Notes: a model not told the origin generated them from the letters alone. Positions 48,166 through 58,552 are shown, counted from the stretch's first letter. The stretch is DNA of 64,000 nucleotides from Pseudomonadales bacterium (GCA_046347205.1 JAXMGN010000002.1:222224-286223); one strand, 5' to 3'. Made by a program: numbers and translations.

Positions 48166-49524
48166 ATGTTGACTCTTACTTGTTTAGGTGGAGCGGGAAC
48201 GGTTACCGGTTCTAAGCATGTTTTAACGTATGAAAACACACGCATTATGGTGGACTGTGGCCTATTTCAAGGGTTAAAAAACCTGAGAGAATTAAATTGG
48301 CAGCCGTTATCTGTCATGCCTGAGAATATTGATGCTGTGGTTCTGACCCACGCGCATCTAGATCACTGTGGTTATTTGCCGCGTTTGGTGTTGGATAAGT
48401 TTGATGGCGCTATATTTTCAACATCTGCTACGCGCGATTTAGCAGAATTGATTTTGCTGGATAGTGCTTGGATACAAGAAAAAGATGCCGAGTTCGCCAA
48501 TCGCAAAGGGTTTAGTAAACACAAGCCAGCACAGCCTTTGTACCGTGTACGTGATGCTGAACGCACAATGGCTCAATTTAAGACTGTGCCACTGCATAGA
48601 GAGGTGGATCTGCCGGGCAATGCAAAATTGCTGCTGCGCCGGGCTGGGCATATTTTGGGTGCTACAACAGCGCAAATTGATATTGGTGGAAAACGCATCG
48701 TGTTTTCTGGTGATCTTGGTCGGTATAACGATGTCGTTATGCATGACCCAGAGCCTGTACCGGCAGCTGACTATGTGGTGATTGAATCAACATATGGCAA
48801 CCGTGTTCATGATAGTGCTGATCCAGTGCAAGCCTTAGGAAAAGTGATTGAACGTACAGTGCAGCGCGGTGGCACGGTTGTCATTCCTGCATTTGCTGTC
48901 GGACGTGCGCAATCACTTATTTATGATTTATGGTTGTTGCGTCAACAGGGTGGGCTACAAAATGTCCCCGTGTATCTCGATAGTCCGATGGCAACCAGTG
49001 CAACGGAGTTATTGTATAAACATAGAAATGATCATCGTTTGGAAAAAAAAGATTTTGAAGCCGCTTGTCGAGCCGTGACGTATACGCAAGATGTTGAAGA
49101 ATCCAAAATGTTGTCAGCCAATCGTTATCCAAAAGTCATCATATCGGCTAGTGGGATGGCAACAGGTGGGCGTGTGTTGCACCACATAGCCGCGTTTGCA
49201 TCAGATCGGCGCAATACATTGCTGTTTTCTGGATTTCAAGCAGCGGGAACACGCGGACGTAAATTACTTGAAGGTGCGCGTGAAGTAAAAATATTCGGAC
49301 GATGGTTGCCGGTTAATGCAGAAGTGGCCGAGTTGCCTATGCTGTCAGCACATGCAGATAGTGATGAATTAATGCGTTGGTTATCTGGTTTTGAAGCAGC
49401 GCCGAAAAAAGTATTCATCGTGCACGGTGAAGCAGATGCATCGGAAGCACTGCGCGAACGCATTCAACGCGAATTGGGTTGGCAGGCGTGTGTTCCACTA
49501 CAAGATCGTGTTATTACGCTATAA
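48166..49524 (+). CDS. MBL-fold metallo-hydrolase with beta-CASP domain (RNA/DNA-metabolising nuclease family)
   Basis: 452 aa with GSKHVL, VDCGLFQG, the HxHxDH motif LTHAHLDHCGYLP and, later, ESTYG and SAHAD. The start lies 1 nt after the stop of the phosphoketolase-like gene and has an AGGA Shine-Dalgarno inside it. Confidence 0.85.
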   Translation: MLTLTCLGGAGTVTGSKHVLTYENTRIMVDCGLFQGLKNLRELNWQPLSVMPENIDAVVLTHAHLDHCGYLPRLVLDKFDGAIFSTSATRDLAELILLDSAWIQEKDAEFANRKGFSKHKPAQPLYRVRDAERTMAQFKTVPLHREVDLPGNAKLLLRRAGHILGATTAQIDIGGKRIVFSGDLGRYNDVVMHDPEPVPAADYVVIESTYGNRVHDSADPVQALGKVIERTVQRGGTVVIPAFAVGRAQSLIYDLWLLRQQGGLQNVPVYLDSPMATSATELLYKHRNDHRLEKKDFEAACRAVTYTQDVEESKMLSANRYPKVIISASGMATGGRVLHHIAAFASDRRNTLLFSGFQAAGTRGRKLLEGAREVKIFGRWLPVNAEVAELPMLSAHADSDELMRWLSGFEAAPKKVFIVHGEADASEALRERIQRELGWQACVPLQDRVITL

Positions 49525-51846
49525 GGCTGCTTTAATTAGTACCGGAATTTCTTTGTAGGCTGGTGTGCGCGTGTATTCCGACAGGGATGATGCGTGCAGT
49601 AGCGGTGTGGCTTCTGGAAAATATGCCGCGACACAGCCTGCAGGAATGTTGTAACGCACAACTTTGAAACCTTGCACAACGCGCGCGGGTTCGTCGCCGT
49701 CGCCACAACTTTTGAGATCCACCAAATCGCCGTCTTTTAAGCCGCGTTTGTTGAGATCGACTTCGCTGATAAATACCACTTTGCGCCCGCCGAATACGCC
49801 GCGATAGCGATCGTCTTGCCCGTAAACGGTGGTGTTGAATTGATCGTGTGAACGCACGGTCATCAGCGTCAAAACGTCACTGCCGTGTTTGATGCGCGCG
49901 CGCTCTACAGGGCCGTGCGTGCGCAGTGGATGCACGCGAAACTCCGCTTTGCCGCTGGCAGTTTTCCACTGACGCAGGCGTGCCGTGTTGGTCAATACGA
50001 AGCGGCCTTGTTCATCTAGCTTGCGGTTGTAGTCGTTGAAGTCATCTACCAATCCACGCTGACATTGCGCGATAGCGTCGCGGATTAAGCGGTAATCGTC
50101 TGCCATCGCTTGCCAAGGGATGCCGCTATCCGGTGCGAGTGCTGCGCCGAGCAGCGCAACGATCGCCGGCTCACTCATCATGTCGGCGGATAACGGTGCT
50201 TGCACGCCGCGAGAAGCGCGCACATTGCTCATGGAATCTTCTACCGAAATTTTTTGTTCAACACCTTGGCGCAAGTCGATGTCGGTGCGCCCCAGTGTGG
50301 GCAGCAGCAAGCCGACTTCCCCTGGGTAGCAATGCGTGCGATTGAGCTTGGTGGCGATGTGCAGGGTGAAACGGCAGCGGCTGAGGCCTTCCAGCACGCG
50401 CACGGAATCGGGCGCAGCAATGCCGAAATTGCCACCCAGGGTGAAAAAAGCGCGCACTTCGCCGCGAAACATTTTGGGCATCAATTGACCGGCATCCAAT
50501 CCCGCTTGGCGGGTGAATTGTGCCTGCGGAAAGGCGGAGGTCATGTTGTCCAACCAGCGTTCAGAAACCACAGAGGTTGCACCCATGGTGCGATCGCCCT
50601 GCACATTGCTGTGCCCGCGCACCGGCACTGCACCCGCTCCGGGGCGGCCGATATTGCCGCGCAGCAGCAGTAGGTTCACCAGCGTTTGTATGGTGTGTAC
50701 GCCGTTTTCGTGATGCGTGAGCCCCATGCACCACGTCGCCATGGCAGCGGGCGCAGCGGCGTAGAGCTCGGCTAACTCGCGTATATCGTCCAATGCAATG
50801 CCTGACTGCTCGACCAGCGACTCCCAAGATGCGGCCGCTAGGTCGGCGCGCAGCGCCTCAAAACCGATGGTGTGCTCGGCGATAAAGGCTTCATCCAATA
50901 CACGGTGGGAATGGGTCGCCTGCGCCTGTGTGTCCATGTCCAACAAGTGTTTCATCACGCCCTTGAACAGCGCGAGATCGCCGCCGATACGCACTTGGTA
51001 GATGCGATGCGCCACGGCCATGCCAGTATTGGCGATCATTTCGCCCATGGCTTTGGGGTCAGAAAAGTTGGTAAAGCCGCGTTCGCGCAGGGGGTTGATG
51101 GCGATAATTTTTGCGCCACGCGCGGCGGCTTCGTGCAGCGCGCCCATCATGCGCGGGTGATTGGTGGCTGGGTTTTGCCCGACAACCAGAATCAAATCTG
51201 CGTGTTCAAAATCGTCCAGCGAGCAAGTGCCTTTGCCCACGCCCACCGATTGTTTGAGTGCGAAGCCGGAAGGTTCGTGACAGAAGTTGGAGGAGTCGGG
51301 CAGGTTGGCGCAGCCGTAAGCGCGCGCCACGAGCTGCCACAAAAAAGCGGCTTCGTTGCTGCTGCGGCCGGAGGCATAAAATGCCGCTTGATCGGGTGAA
51401 ATAGCTTTCAACTCGGTGGCGGCTATCTCGAATGCCTGCTTCCAAGTGATGGGTAAATATTTGCCACTTTCACGCGTGTAGAGCATGGGTGCGGTGAGGC
51501 GACCTTGGAACTCCAGGCCGTAATCGCTGCGTGCACGCAGTTGTTCGAGGGTTTGATGGGCAAAAAAATCAGGATCCGTGGCCTTGCGCGTCATTTCCCA
51601 GGCGATGGCTTTGTGACCCTGCTCGCAGCTATCGACAGCAGGCTTGCCCGGTTTGTCAGGGAAGGCGCAGCCGGGGCAATCAAATTTGGCGAGTTTGTTC
51701 GCTTGCAGCAGCATAGAAACTGTTTTCAGCGGTGACATTCCCTGCTCGGTATAAGACTTGAACGTACTTTTTACTGCGCCGCGCCCGCCGGCAGGTTTGT
51801 CGGTGTGATCGATGCGGATATCGGGGGTATCGACGGCTTCAGGCAT
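49519..51846 (-). CDS. ydeP: FdhF/YdeP-family molybdopterin oxidoreductase
   Basis: It aligns with E. coli YdeP along its length: FDCPGCAFPD, SGRSSNEAAFLWQL, NPATNHPRM, RGHSNVQGDRTMG, VRSHDQFNTTVYG. I started it at MPEAVDTPD; the track start at 51942 would overlap the upstream gene. Confidence 0.88.
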   Translation of the reverse strand: MPEAVDTPDIRIDHTDKPAGGRGAVKSTFKSYTEQGMSPLKTVSMLLQANKLAKFDCPGCAFPDKPGKPAVDSCEQGHKAIAWEMTRKATDPDFFAHQTLEQLRARSDYGLEFQGRLTAPMLYTRESGKYLPITWKQAFEIAATELKAISPDQAAFYASGRSSNEAAFLWQLVARAYGCANLPDSSNFCHEPSGFALKQSVGVGKGTCSLDDFEHADLILVVGQNPATNHPRMMGALHEAAARGAKIIAINPLRERGFTNFSDPKAMGEMIANTGMAVAHRIYQVRIGGDLALFKGVMKHLLDMDTQAQATHSHRVLDEAFIAEHTIGFEALRADLAAASWESLVEQSGIALDDIRELAELYAAAPAAMATWCMGLTHHENGVHTIQTLVNLLLLRGNIGRPGAGAVPVRGHSNVQGDRTMGATSVVSERWLDNMTSAFPQAQFTRQAGLDAGQLMPKMFRGEVRAFFTLGGNFGIAAPDSVRVLEGLSRCRFTLHIATKLNRTHCYPGEVGLLLPTLGRTDIDLRQGVEQKISVEDSMSNVRASRGVQAPLSADMMSEPAIVALLGAALAPDSGIPWQAMADDYRLIRDAIAQCQRGLVDDFNDYNRKLDEQGRFVLTNTARLRQWKTASGKAEFRVHPLRTHGPVERARIKHGSDVLTLMTVRSHDQFNTTVYGQDDRYRGVFGGRKVVFISEVDLNKRGLKDGDLVDLKSCGDGDEPARVVQGFKVVRYNIPAGCVAAYFPEATPLLHASSLSEYTRTPAYKEIPVLIKAAL

Positions 51847-51895
51847 GGCGGGAATCTTTGTAAAAACGGGTGTGCGTATTATGCACCGCGTTGCG

Positions 51896-52543
51896 CTAGC
51901 TTTCAGGTGCGCGGCACATGGCGGATTGGCGCGTGTAGTCATACCCCCAAGTGCGGTAGCGCGTGGTATCGATATGAATGCGGCCAGAGGGATAAATGCT
52001 CAAGCCCATGTTCCAATCTTTACCTTGCGTGCGCCAAAAATGGCACAGCGCGTCGGTGGATGGGGCTGTGCCAACAACGCTGAAATCCAGCGCGAAACTG
52101 CGTGTGTGCGTGCTGTTGGGTGCGCCGTCGGCACAGGCATTGAGGCTGGCACTGCGATAGCCGGAGTAAACCTCGATGTGGTGGCTGACCACGCCCGTCG
52201 CCATCAGCCATTGCAGCAGACTCAACACCGATGCGACCGATGCCCACTGCTGTTGGGGTGGCACGGCAAACGGTTTGGCTTGGCACTGCTGCCAATCCGA
52301 GGCAGAGCGCAGCAGTTGTGGCATGGGTAGCACTGTCGACAGATTTTGCTGCGCAAGGTAGTGCGTCAATGCTGCGATTTCGTTTTGGTGTTGCGTTTGC
52401 CAGACAGCAAAGCTATTGGGGTCGGGCTGCGGTGTGACTTTTGGCGGGGTGCTGGTGCAGGCGGTAATCAATAGCGCGATGCCGCAAAGGCAGGCGTAAT
52501 AGTTTGCTCGCTTGTTGATGTGATGTCGTTGTTTTGTCGCCAT
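51896..52543 (-). CDS. Peptidase M15-family (D-Ala-D-Ala carboxypeptidase-like) metallohydrolase lipoprotein
   Basis: 215 aa with a lipobox (IALLITAC-T) and the segment SGYRSASLNACADGAPNSTHTRSFALDF, which resembles the Zn-binding H/D pattern of M15 peptidases. Confidence 0.6.
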   Translation of the reverse strand: MATKQRHHINKRANYYACLCGIALLITACTSTPPKVTPQPDPNSFAVWQTQHQNEIAALTHYLAQQNLSTVLPMPQLLRSASDWQQCQAKPFAVPPQQQWASVASVLSLLQWLMATGVVSHHIEVYSGYRSASLNACADGAPNSTHTRSFALDFSVVGTAPSTDALCHFWRTQGKDWNMGLSIYPSGRIHIDTTRYRTWGYDYTRQSAMCRAPES

Positions 52544-52599
52544 GCAAACCTATATAGCAGATAAATGGCGCGCTGGCAGTGAAATTTTGCAGAAGGAAT

Positions 52600-52675
<76 letters not shown>

Positions 52676-52711
52676 TGGGAGCTGATGCCGAGCGGCATCA
52701 GTAAAGAAAAG

Positions 52712-52787
52712 TGGCGTCCCCTAGGGGAGTCGAACCCCTGTCGCCGCCGTGAAAGGGCGGTGTCCTAGGCCTCTAGACGAAGGGGAC
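52712..52787 (-). tRNA. tRNA-Glu (anticodon UUC)
   Basis: The reverse complement is GTCCCCTTCGTCTAGAGGCCTAGGACACCGCCCTTTCACGGCGGCGACAGGGGTTCGACTCCCCTAGGGGACGCCA (76 nt), a classic tRNA-Glu(UUC). Confidence 0.95.
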
Positions 52788-52814
52788 GCATAGGTCTTCG
52801 TTTGAAGAGCGCGC

Positions 52815-52843
52815 ATTCTATGTAGCGAGATAATCAGCGTCAA
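52815..52843 (-). promoter_or_regulatory. Strong sigma70 promoter of the tRNA-Glu/tRNA-Gly operon with GC-rich discriminator
   Basis: The minus strand reads TTGACG (52843-52838), a 17-nt spacer, TAGAAT (52820-52815), then gcgcgc. The predicted start lies ~20 nt upstream of the tRNA-Glu 5' end. This layout is typical of stringently controlled stable-RNA promoters. Confidence 0.75.
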
Positions 52844-52860
52844 GATTTTTTACACTTAAA

Positions 52861-52889
52861 AATAACAAAACCAGCGCGAGGCTGGTTTT
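52861..52889 (-). terminator. Rho-independent terminator after the biotin carboxylase/BCCP gene
   Basis: The minus strand reads aaaaccagc-ctcgc-gctggtttt followed by gttattttt, 23 nt after the stop at 52912. Confidence 0.85.
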
Positions 52890-52911
52890 ATCAGTGGTGA
52901 CACGGGAAAGA

Positions 52912-55758
52912 TCAAGCCAAATTGCGGCTGATAAATTCATCCGTGTATTTTCTGCGCCGCGCTTTGATCTGCTCCGGCGATTCCACCACCACGATTTCAT
53001 CCGGCTTGATTTTGAACAGCGGCTGACCTTTTTTGATGATCGCGCCATCAACATCTACCAGCACTTCTGTCACGGTACCGGCAAAAGTGGCATGGACTTT
53101 GTTGAACATTTTCATGACTTCAACAATGTACAACACGTCGCCTTTGTTGAAGTGCGTGCCAACTTCCAAATACTTCGGCGTGCCTGGCGCTTCACGCGGA
53201 TAGAACATGCCGCCAGAGGCAGCAAGAATTTCATCGGATTTAGCCGCCGGTGGTGGTACCAACACTTTTGCCATTTTTTCTTGCAAGTCTTTGTCGTTCA
53301 GGTGTTCAGGAATATTGATCGATAGATCGGCATTCACACTCAAAGAGAAGAAATTGGCTTTGTCGGCAATATAGGGCAGCAGGTTCAAAATATCACAGCC
53401 TGCTTGATAACCTGTATGCGCCGCTTGCACCGCCGCCCAATCTTTTTTCGCAATACCTTTGGGCGCTTCGTTTGCTGCGAGCAGCTGCTGCAAATCGCTC
53501 CACGCAGGTTTGCCCAATTTTTCATCGAGTGCAGCGTAGAAACACACGGCGTCTTGCAACACTTCGTTGTCGTGATCCCAAATCACATAAGCAGCCGGCG
53601 CTTTTTCTTGCGCTTCCATGTTCAGGTAGTGATAGGTTTCCGCCAAAATTTTGACCGGATTCTCCAGCCAGTTCACTTGCCCTTTGCTCACTTTGAAGTG
53701 CGCTTTGTTCAAACTCAACCAGCCTGATAAAACATGCGGGTTGTCTAACAGGGGCTCAAAAACGCGATCAAACAGAGTGATTTTTCTATCAATCACCGCA
53801 GCCATGGCTTTTTCAGCCTCTTTACCCGCCTGTGCGAGTGCCGCTTGGCGCACGGCTTTCCACGCGTGTGCAATATCAATTTGATTGGCCTGTTCTTTTA
53901 ATGCGCCGACCAAGGTGAGGTAAGGCACGATGAAGCGCGTGGTGGGGCGCGCATTGATGTTGTTGCCGACAAACCAATTCACCAAACCGTAGTGAAAATC
54001 TAAATTGGTGGCGAGATCTTTGCCGCGCAACACGGTGCGGCGAATCACTTCGCTCATCAAGGCGTAAGTGCCTAAGCGGTCTTTGCCTGTGGTGAGCAGC
54101 AGCGCGATATTGGAATCGTATGCGCCAGCCAATGTGTATTTCATGAACACATCGGTGTCTGGGTTGTGCATGGAGATGCCTTGGTCGTCGCGAATTTCAC
54201 CGTCGATAGGATCAGACCATTTGGTAATTACGCCGCCCGCATGCGGTTGCAGTGCGTCGTTTGTTGCATTCAAACGTGCTTCGACGGAAGACAATTCGCG
54301 CACGCTGCGCGATGGCTTCGGCAGACGTTTGCCGTGGCGCGCCAGCAACACCATCACATTCACCAATGAAGTAACGGTGAAGTTGTCGCTCGCATTGTCG
54401 GGGTTGCTAAAGGTAAGGGCGTAGCACAATTCGGTAACGCGGTGTTCCACCTGAATGCGCGTGTTCATTTCCATGAAGTAGTGGCGTTCGCCATCGACGA
54501 TGCACTCAAAGGTGGCCACAGAATTCAATTTAACCGCCTGACCAAAGCGCACGGCTTCATCTTCCATTTTTCCCAGTATGGTGATGTCGCGTTCCAACTG
54601 TGTGGCTTCTGCTTTTTTACCCGCTGCTTTGGCTTCTGCGTGCGCATTCACCAAATCTTCATGAATAACCGACACTTCCAGCAATTTTTGTTCGTGCATT
54701 TGCAATGAGCAGTCGCGGCCGCCCATGGTGATGCACCAATCGCCATTGCCCACTACCTGAATTTCTTGGTGGCGCGTGGTTTCGATGTTCATTTCGATCA
54801 ATACATTCTTGTTGTCGCCTACGCCGTTGCATTTCACTTCGGCGAGCACTTCGCGCACCAGTGCCGGTGTCACCGCAGCGGCTTGTTTGATCTGTTCTTC
54901 TTTGCTGCCTTTGTAAGAAGACGGCGCGTTGAGAATGCGCTGACCTTTACCGCCGCCACCTGAAATGGCTTTCAAGCGAAAACGGTTGTTCGGATTTTCC
55001 GCAAAAATTTTCAGCATTTGTTGATGCAACGTCGCGCCCAAATCATCCACAGTGATGACGTCTACGCGCGCTTTATAAGAAGCCGTGAGCACAGCTTCGG
55101 CTTTGTCTTCTAATGTTTTGAATTTATCGAGTTTGACGTCGAGTTTGAAATCTTTGGCAATTTTGGCGAGGCCCGCTTCATTTTTGGCTTTGGCAATTAG
55201 CGCCAGCGTGGTGCCGTTGTTGATGCCGGGCGTAACGGAAACGCCAGCGGCCAGCGCGGTGCGCTTGGCTTCGTCTTTCAAACCCGCCGCGCTTTGCGTG
55301 AAAGAACCGGGGCCGATAAAAATTAAACCGGCTTCTTCCATCGCAGAAACCATTTCTGCGTCTTCCGACATAAAACCGTAGCCGGCAAAAATGCTGTTGT
55401 AGCCATTTTCATGCGCGATACTGACAATTTGTTGAATGCGCTGATGGCGCTCTTCTTTGTTGGCGCCGGTGTAATCCGGTACGCGGTGTACGCGAGAAGG
55501 GTCGGTCAATTTACGCAGCTCAGGAGCAAGCGCGTTGGTGTAGGTGATGGAATCTTTTTCTGACAATAAAATGCCGTAGCCGTGAATGCCCATTTCATCA
55601 AACACATCCATGGCTTCTTTGCGAATTGGGCCACGGCAGATGATGAGGGGTTTCATGTCGCGGCAATCAAAACTGCGCACCCAGTCGGAGGCGTGTTGAT
55701 CGAGACGGCGATCGCTGTGAATCAAAGGGTTGTTCAGGTAATTCTTTTTACTGCCCAC
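52912..55758 (-). CDS. Biotin-dependent carboxylase alpha subunit: atypically long biotin carboxylase, central domain and BCCP fusion
   Basis: 948 aa. The ATP-grasp/BC motifs are GGGGKGQR (about residues 267-274) and EMNTRIQVEHRVTE. The C-terminal biotinyl domain is VLYIVEVMKMFNKV. The GTG start has a GAGG 8 nt upstream. Confidence 0.85.
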   Translation of the reverse strand: MGSKKNYLNNPLIHSDRRLDQHASDWVRSFDCRDMKPLIICRGPIRKEAMDVFDEMGIHGYGILLSEKDSITYTNALAPELRKLTDPSRVHRVPDYTGANKEERHQRIQQIVSIAHENGYNSIFAGYGFMSEDAEMVSAMEEAGLIFIGPGSFTQSAAGLKDEAKRTALAAGVSVTPGINNGTTLALIAKAKNEAGLAKIAKDFKLDVKLDKFKTLEDKAEAVLTASYKARVDVITVDDLGATLHQQMLKIFAENPNNRFRLKAISGGGGKGQRILNAPSSYKGSKEEQIKQAAAVTPALVREVLAEVKCNGVGDNKNVLIEMNIETTRHQEIQVVGNGDWCITMGGRDCSLQMHEQKLLEVSVIHEDLVNAHAEAKAAGKKAEATQLERDITILGKMEDEAVRFGQAVKLNSVATFECIVDGERHYFMEMNTRIQVEHRVTELCYALTFSNPDNASDNFTVTSLVNVMVLLARHGKRLPKPSRSVRELSSVEARLNATNDALQPHAGGVITKWSDPIDGEIRDDQGISMHNPDTDVFMKYTLAGAYDSNIALLLTTGKDRLGTYALMSEVIRRTVLRGKDLATNLDFHYGLVNWFVGNNINARPTTRFIVPYLTLVGALKEQANQIDIAHAWKAVRQAALAQAGKEAEKAMAAVIDRKITLFDRVFEPLLDNPHVLSGWLSLNKAHFKVSKGQVNWLENPVKILAETYHYLNMEAQEKAPAAYVIWDHDNEVLQDAVCFYAALDEKLGKPAWSDLQQLLAANEAPKGIAKKDWAAVQAAHTGYQAGCDILNLLPYIADKANFFSLSVNADLSINIPEHLNDKDLQEKMAKVLVPPPAAKSDEILAASGGMFYPREAPGTPKYLEVGTHFNKGDVLYIVEVMKMFNKVHATFAGTVTEVLVDVDGAIIKKGQPLFKIKPDEIVVVESPEQIKARRRKYTDEFISRNLA

Positions 55759-55790
55759 GGTGTGAACCTCTAAAATTTTTTGGAAATCGA

Positions 55791-57506
55791 TTAGAAAAAT
55801 TCGCGCTGAATATCTACCAGCGGCGACGGTTTATAGCTGCGCAGATGCAGCTCGAGGTTCAGTGCAATTTCTTTGCGCAAATCGGATGGCATCACGATAG
55901 AAGAGATCGAACCCAGCGATAGCGCTTCATTTGGGTTCATCAACTCGCGTTCATAGCGTTGCGCAAGCAGGGCTTCTTCTTGCTTGCCCCAAGCGGCTGC
56001 GCCTTGTGGGTCTTTTACTGCGCGCGCTTTTACTTCCGCGCGAATTTTGCGCAGTTCGTCTTTGTAAACAAACTCCACACCGGCAGGTCCCATTACCGCG
56101 AGGCGCGTGGTGGGCAGCGCAATCACATGGTCAGCGCCAGTCGGGTAGTTGTTGTAAGACGCGTATGCGCCGCCAAATGCGTTGCGAATGATGACGAGAA
56201 AACGCGGTGTGCGCAGATCAATAATCGCATCCAACATAGCGCGACCGGCTTGCACAATACCGCCGGTTTCCTGCTCGCGGCCAGGTAAAAAGCCGGTGGT
56301 GTCTTCCATGAAAATCACGGGAATGTTGTACAAGTTACAGAAGCGAATAAAACGCGCATTTTTGTACGCCGCTGCAATATCAATCTGCCCCGAAGCGACG
56401 GCAGAATTGTTGGCGACAAAACCGGCAACATGACCGCCGATGCGTCCAAACGCGCAAATGGTATTGCGTGCACGTTCAGGTTGAATTTCAAAGAAATCAC
56501 CGTGATCGCAAATTTGTTGAATCAAAATCGAAATATCAACCGGCGTGTTGAAACCGCTGGGTGAGTTGAACGCTTTTTTCAGCAGGATGTCGATGTCCCA
56601 AGTTTTGCGATCGACTGGATCACTAGTGGCGCGGAACGGCGCGGCGGTTTCGTTGTTGGAAGGCAGGTAGTCGAGCAGCTCACGCACCAAGTACAGGGCG
56701 CTGGCTTCGTCTTGCACCACAAAATCAGTCACGCCGGATTGCGAGTGCACAGAGGGACCGCCGAGCTCGTCAGGCGTCACGTCTTCGCCGAGCACTGATT
56801 TCACCACGCCGGGGCCGGTCAAACCGAAGAAGGTTTCGTTGGGCTGAATTACAAAGCTGCCTTGGCGTGGCAAGTAGGAGCCGCCACCGGCGTTGAAGCC
56901 GAACATGCACATCAAAGAAGGCACGCGACCGGAGATTTTACGCAGCGCGGTAAACGCTTCTGCGTAGCCATCCAAGCCGCCCACGCCCGCTGGCACATAG
57001 GCGCCGGCGGAGTCGTTCATGCCCACCAAAGGAATGCCGAGCTTGCCAGCCATAGTGAATAGGCGCGCAATTTTCTCGCCGTTGGTAGCGTCCATCGAGC
57101 CTGCGCGCACGGTGAAGTCGTGACCGTACACCGCTACATCGCGACCTTTGATTTTGATGATGGCAGTGACCAAGCTGGCGCCGTCGAGGTTAGGGCCCCA
57201 GTTTTGGTACAGCACATTGGGTTCGCTGTCGTGATCGGCCAGCACTTGAATGCGCTCCCAGACCGTCATGCGCTTCTTCAAATGTTGGCGCTGAGTGTTG
57301 CTGACGCCTGACGCCAGCTTGGGGCGTTGAATCAGCTCGTGCCCCATTTTGAGTGTGGCTTCATACAGACCTGGCTCGTAGCTGTGTTGCCCTGGAATCT
57401 TAAAGGCGACTTCACAGTGCTCGGCAAAGGGGTTTTTTAATGAAGGGAAGGGTGTGGCGGTTTTGGTGGATTTGGCGGCGGAGGACTTGGCAGGTGCTTT
57501 GCTCAT
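55791..57506 (-). CDS. Carboxyltransferase subunit (acyl-CoA carboxylase beta / PccB-AccD5-like)
   Basis: 571 aa from MSKAPAKSS.... It has a two-lobed crotonase-like CT domain ([36 protein letters not shown]). The track start at 57581 is a TTG and adds 25 residues that do not look conserved. Confidence 0.85.
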   Translation of the reverse strand: MSKAPAKSSAAKSTKTATPFPSLKNPFAEHCEVAFKIPGQHSYEPGLYEATLKMGHELIQRPKLASGVSNTQRQHLKKRMTVWERIQVLADHDSEPNVLYQNWGPNLDGASLVTAIIKIKGRDVAVYGHDFTVRAGSMDATNGEKIARLFTMAGKLGIPLVGMNDSAGAYVPAGVGGLDGYAEAFTALRKISGRVPSLMCMFGFNAGGGSYLPRQGSFVIQPNETFFGLTGPGVVKSVLGEDVTPDELGGPSVHSQSGVTDFVVQDEASALYLVRELLDYLPSNNETAAPFRATSDPVDRKTWDIDILLKKAFNSPSGFNTPVDISILIQQICDHGDFFEIQPERARNTICAFGRIGGHVAGFVANNSAVASGQIDIAAAYKNARFIRFCNLYNIPVIFMEDTTGFLPGREQETGGIVQAGRAMLDAIIDLRTPRFLVIIRNAFGGAYASYNNYPTGADHVIALPTTRLAVMGPAGVEFVYKDELRKIRAEVKARAVKDPQGAAAWGKQEEALLAQRYERELMNPNEALSLGSISSIVMPSDLRKEIALNLELHLRSYKPSPLVDIQREFF

Positions 57507-57601
57507 GGGCGGCTCGGTTGCGACTTGGAATAGGGCGAATAAAAGACGCGGAACGATACTTTTTTGAGGTAGGGTAGTCAACGGACGGAGAGCCGCTTGC
57601 G

Positions 57602-58444
57602 TCAGCTGTGAAGTGCCAGTTTGCTCGCTTCATCAAAGCCAAAATACCGCAAAGCCTGCTCAAGCTCTGCTACAGATTCATCTACGCGCGTAAAGAGGGC
57701 GATGTGGCTTTCTTCGAGTGATGCGTCGCTATCTTCAGTAGCGTGAGAGAAATTTGACGTAGGCTGCGCCAGTAACCACGCCACGCGTCGCGCCACGGCA
57801 TCGCTAGAATCTACCCAATGTTTTATTTCAGGTAATTGCTCGCGCAAGCTGTCAGACATCAAAGGAAAGTGCGTGCAAGCCAATACGATAGTGTCGAGCT
57901 GTTCTTGTGCAATCGCTGTGCGCAACGGTGTCAACACGCGATGTAATGCTGTTTGATCTACGATACCTGTGCGCAATTTTTGTTCGGCCATCCACACCAG
58001 TTCATTGCTGCCTACGCGTACCACATGGCAATGGCTGGCAAAATCATCAATCAATTGCTGTGTGTAAGTGCGTGAAATCGTGCCCGGGGTGGCTAGCAAT
58101 CCTATGCAGTTTGATTGCGTTAATTGCGCGGCGGGTTTAATGGCCGGTACCACGCCGACGATAGGAATAGCCAACTGTTTTCTTGCAGCGTCTAGTGCAA
58201 CGGTGCTGGCGGTGTTGCAGGCAAGTACAATAATGTCAGGCTGATACTGCTTGTGAATCGCGCGCAATACAGTGATGACGCGTTCAATCAATTCATCCTC
58301 TTTTTTAAGACCGTAAGGAAAAAAAGCATTGTCTGAGCAGAATAGCCATTGATGCGTGTTTTGCGCAATGTCTGAATTTTTTTTGAGGGCACTCAAAATA
58401 GAGAGCCCACCGACGCCGGAATCAAAGACAAGAATACGAGCCAT
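57602..58444 (-). CDS. murI: Glutamate racemase
   Basis: 280 aa with [12 protein letters not shown], the catalytic Cys motifs LACNTAS and LACTHFP. Confidence 0.94.
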   Translation of the reverse strand: MARILVFDSGVGGLSILSALKKNSDIAQNTHQWLFCSDNAFFPYGLKKEDELIERVITVLRAIHKQYQPDIIVLACNTASTVALDAARKQLAIPIVGVVPAIKPAAQLTQSNCIGLLATPGTISRTYTQQLIDDFASHCHVVRVGSNELVWMAEQKLRTGIVDQTALHRVLTPLRTAIAQEQLDTIVLACTHFPLMSDSLREQLPEIKHWVDSSDAVARRVAWLLAQPTSNFSHATEDSDASLEESHIALFTRVDESVAELEQALRYFGFDEASKLALHS

Positions 58445-58552
58445 AATATGGAGTATAGAAAAAGTCGATTGGCCGCTATGTTATCAGAACGGCATTTCAG
58501 AGCAGTAGAGCTGTCATAATGCCGAAATGGCTTTTGTGGCAGGAGGTTCAAA

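Noticed and set aside
49519-51942. N-terminally extended ORF-track starts (ydeP 51942, dusA 37192, DUF2069 28205, carboxyltransferase 57581, yadG 45846, DAHP synthase 63225, DUF2062 37740, tlpA-like 29121, rlmL 33917, tig 5888)
   Set aside because: In each case a downstream start fits homologue N-termini better, gives a classic ATGA/TAATG junction or a Shine-Dalgarno, or avoids overlap with the upstream gene. The extensions look non-conserved. The start choices remain predictions.
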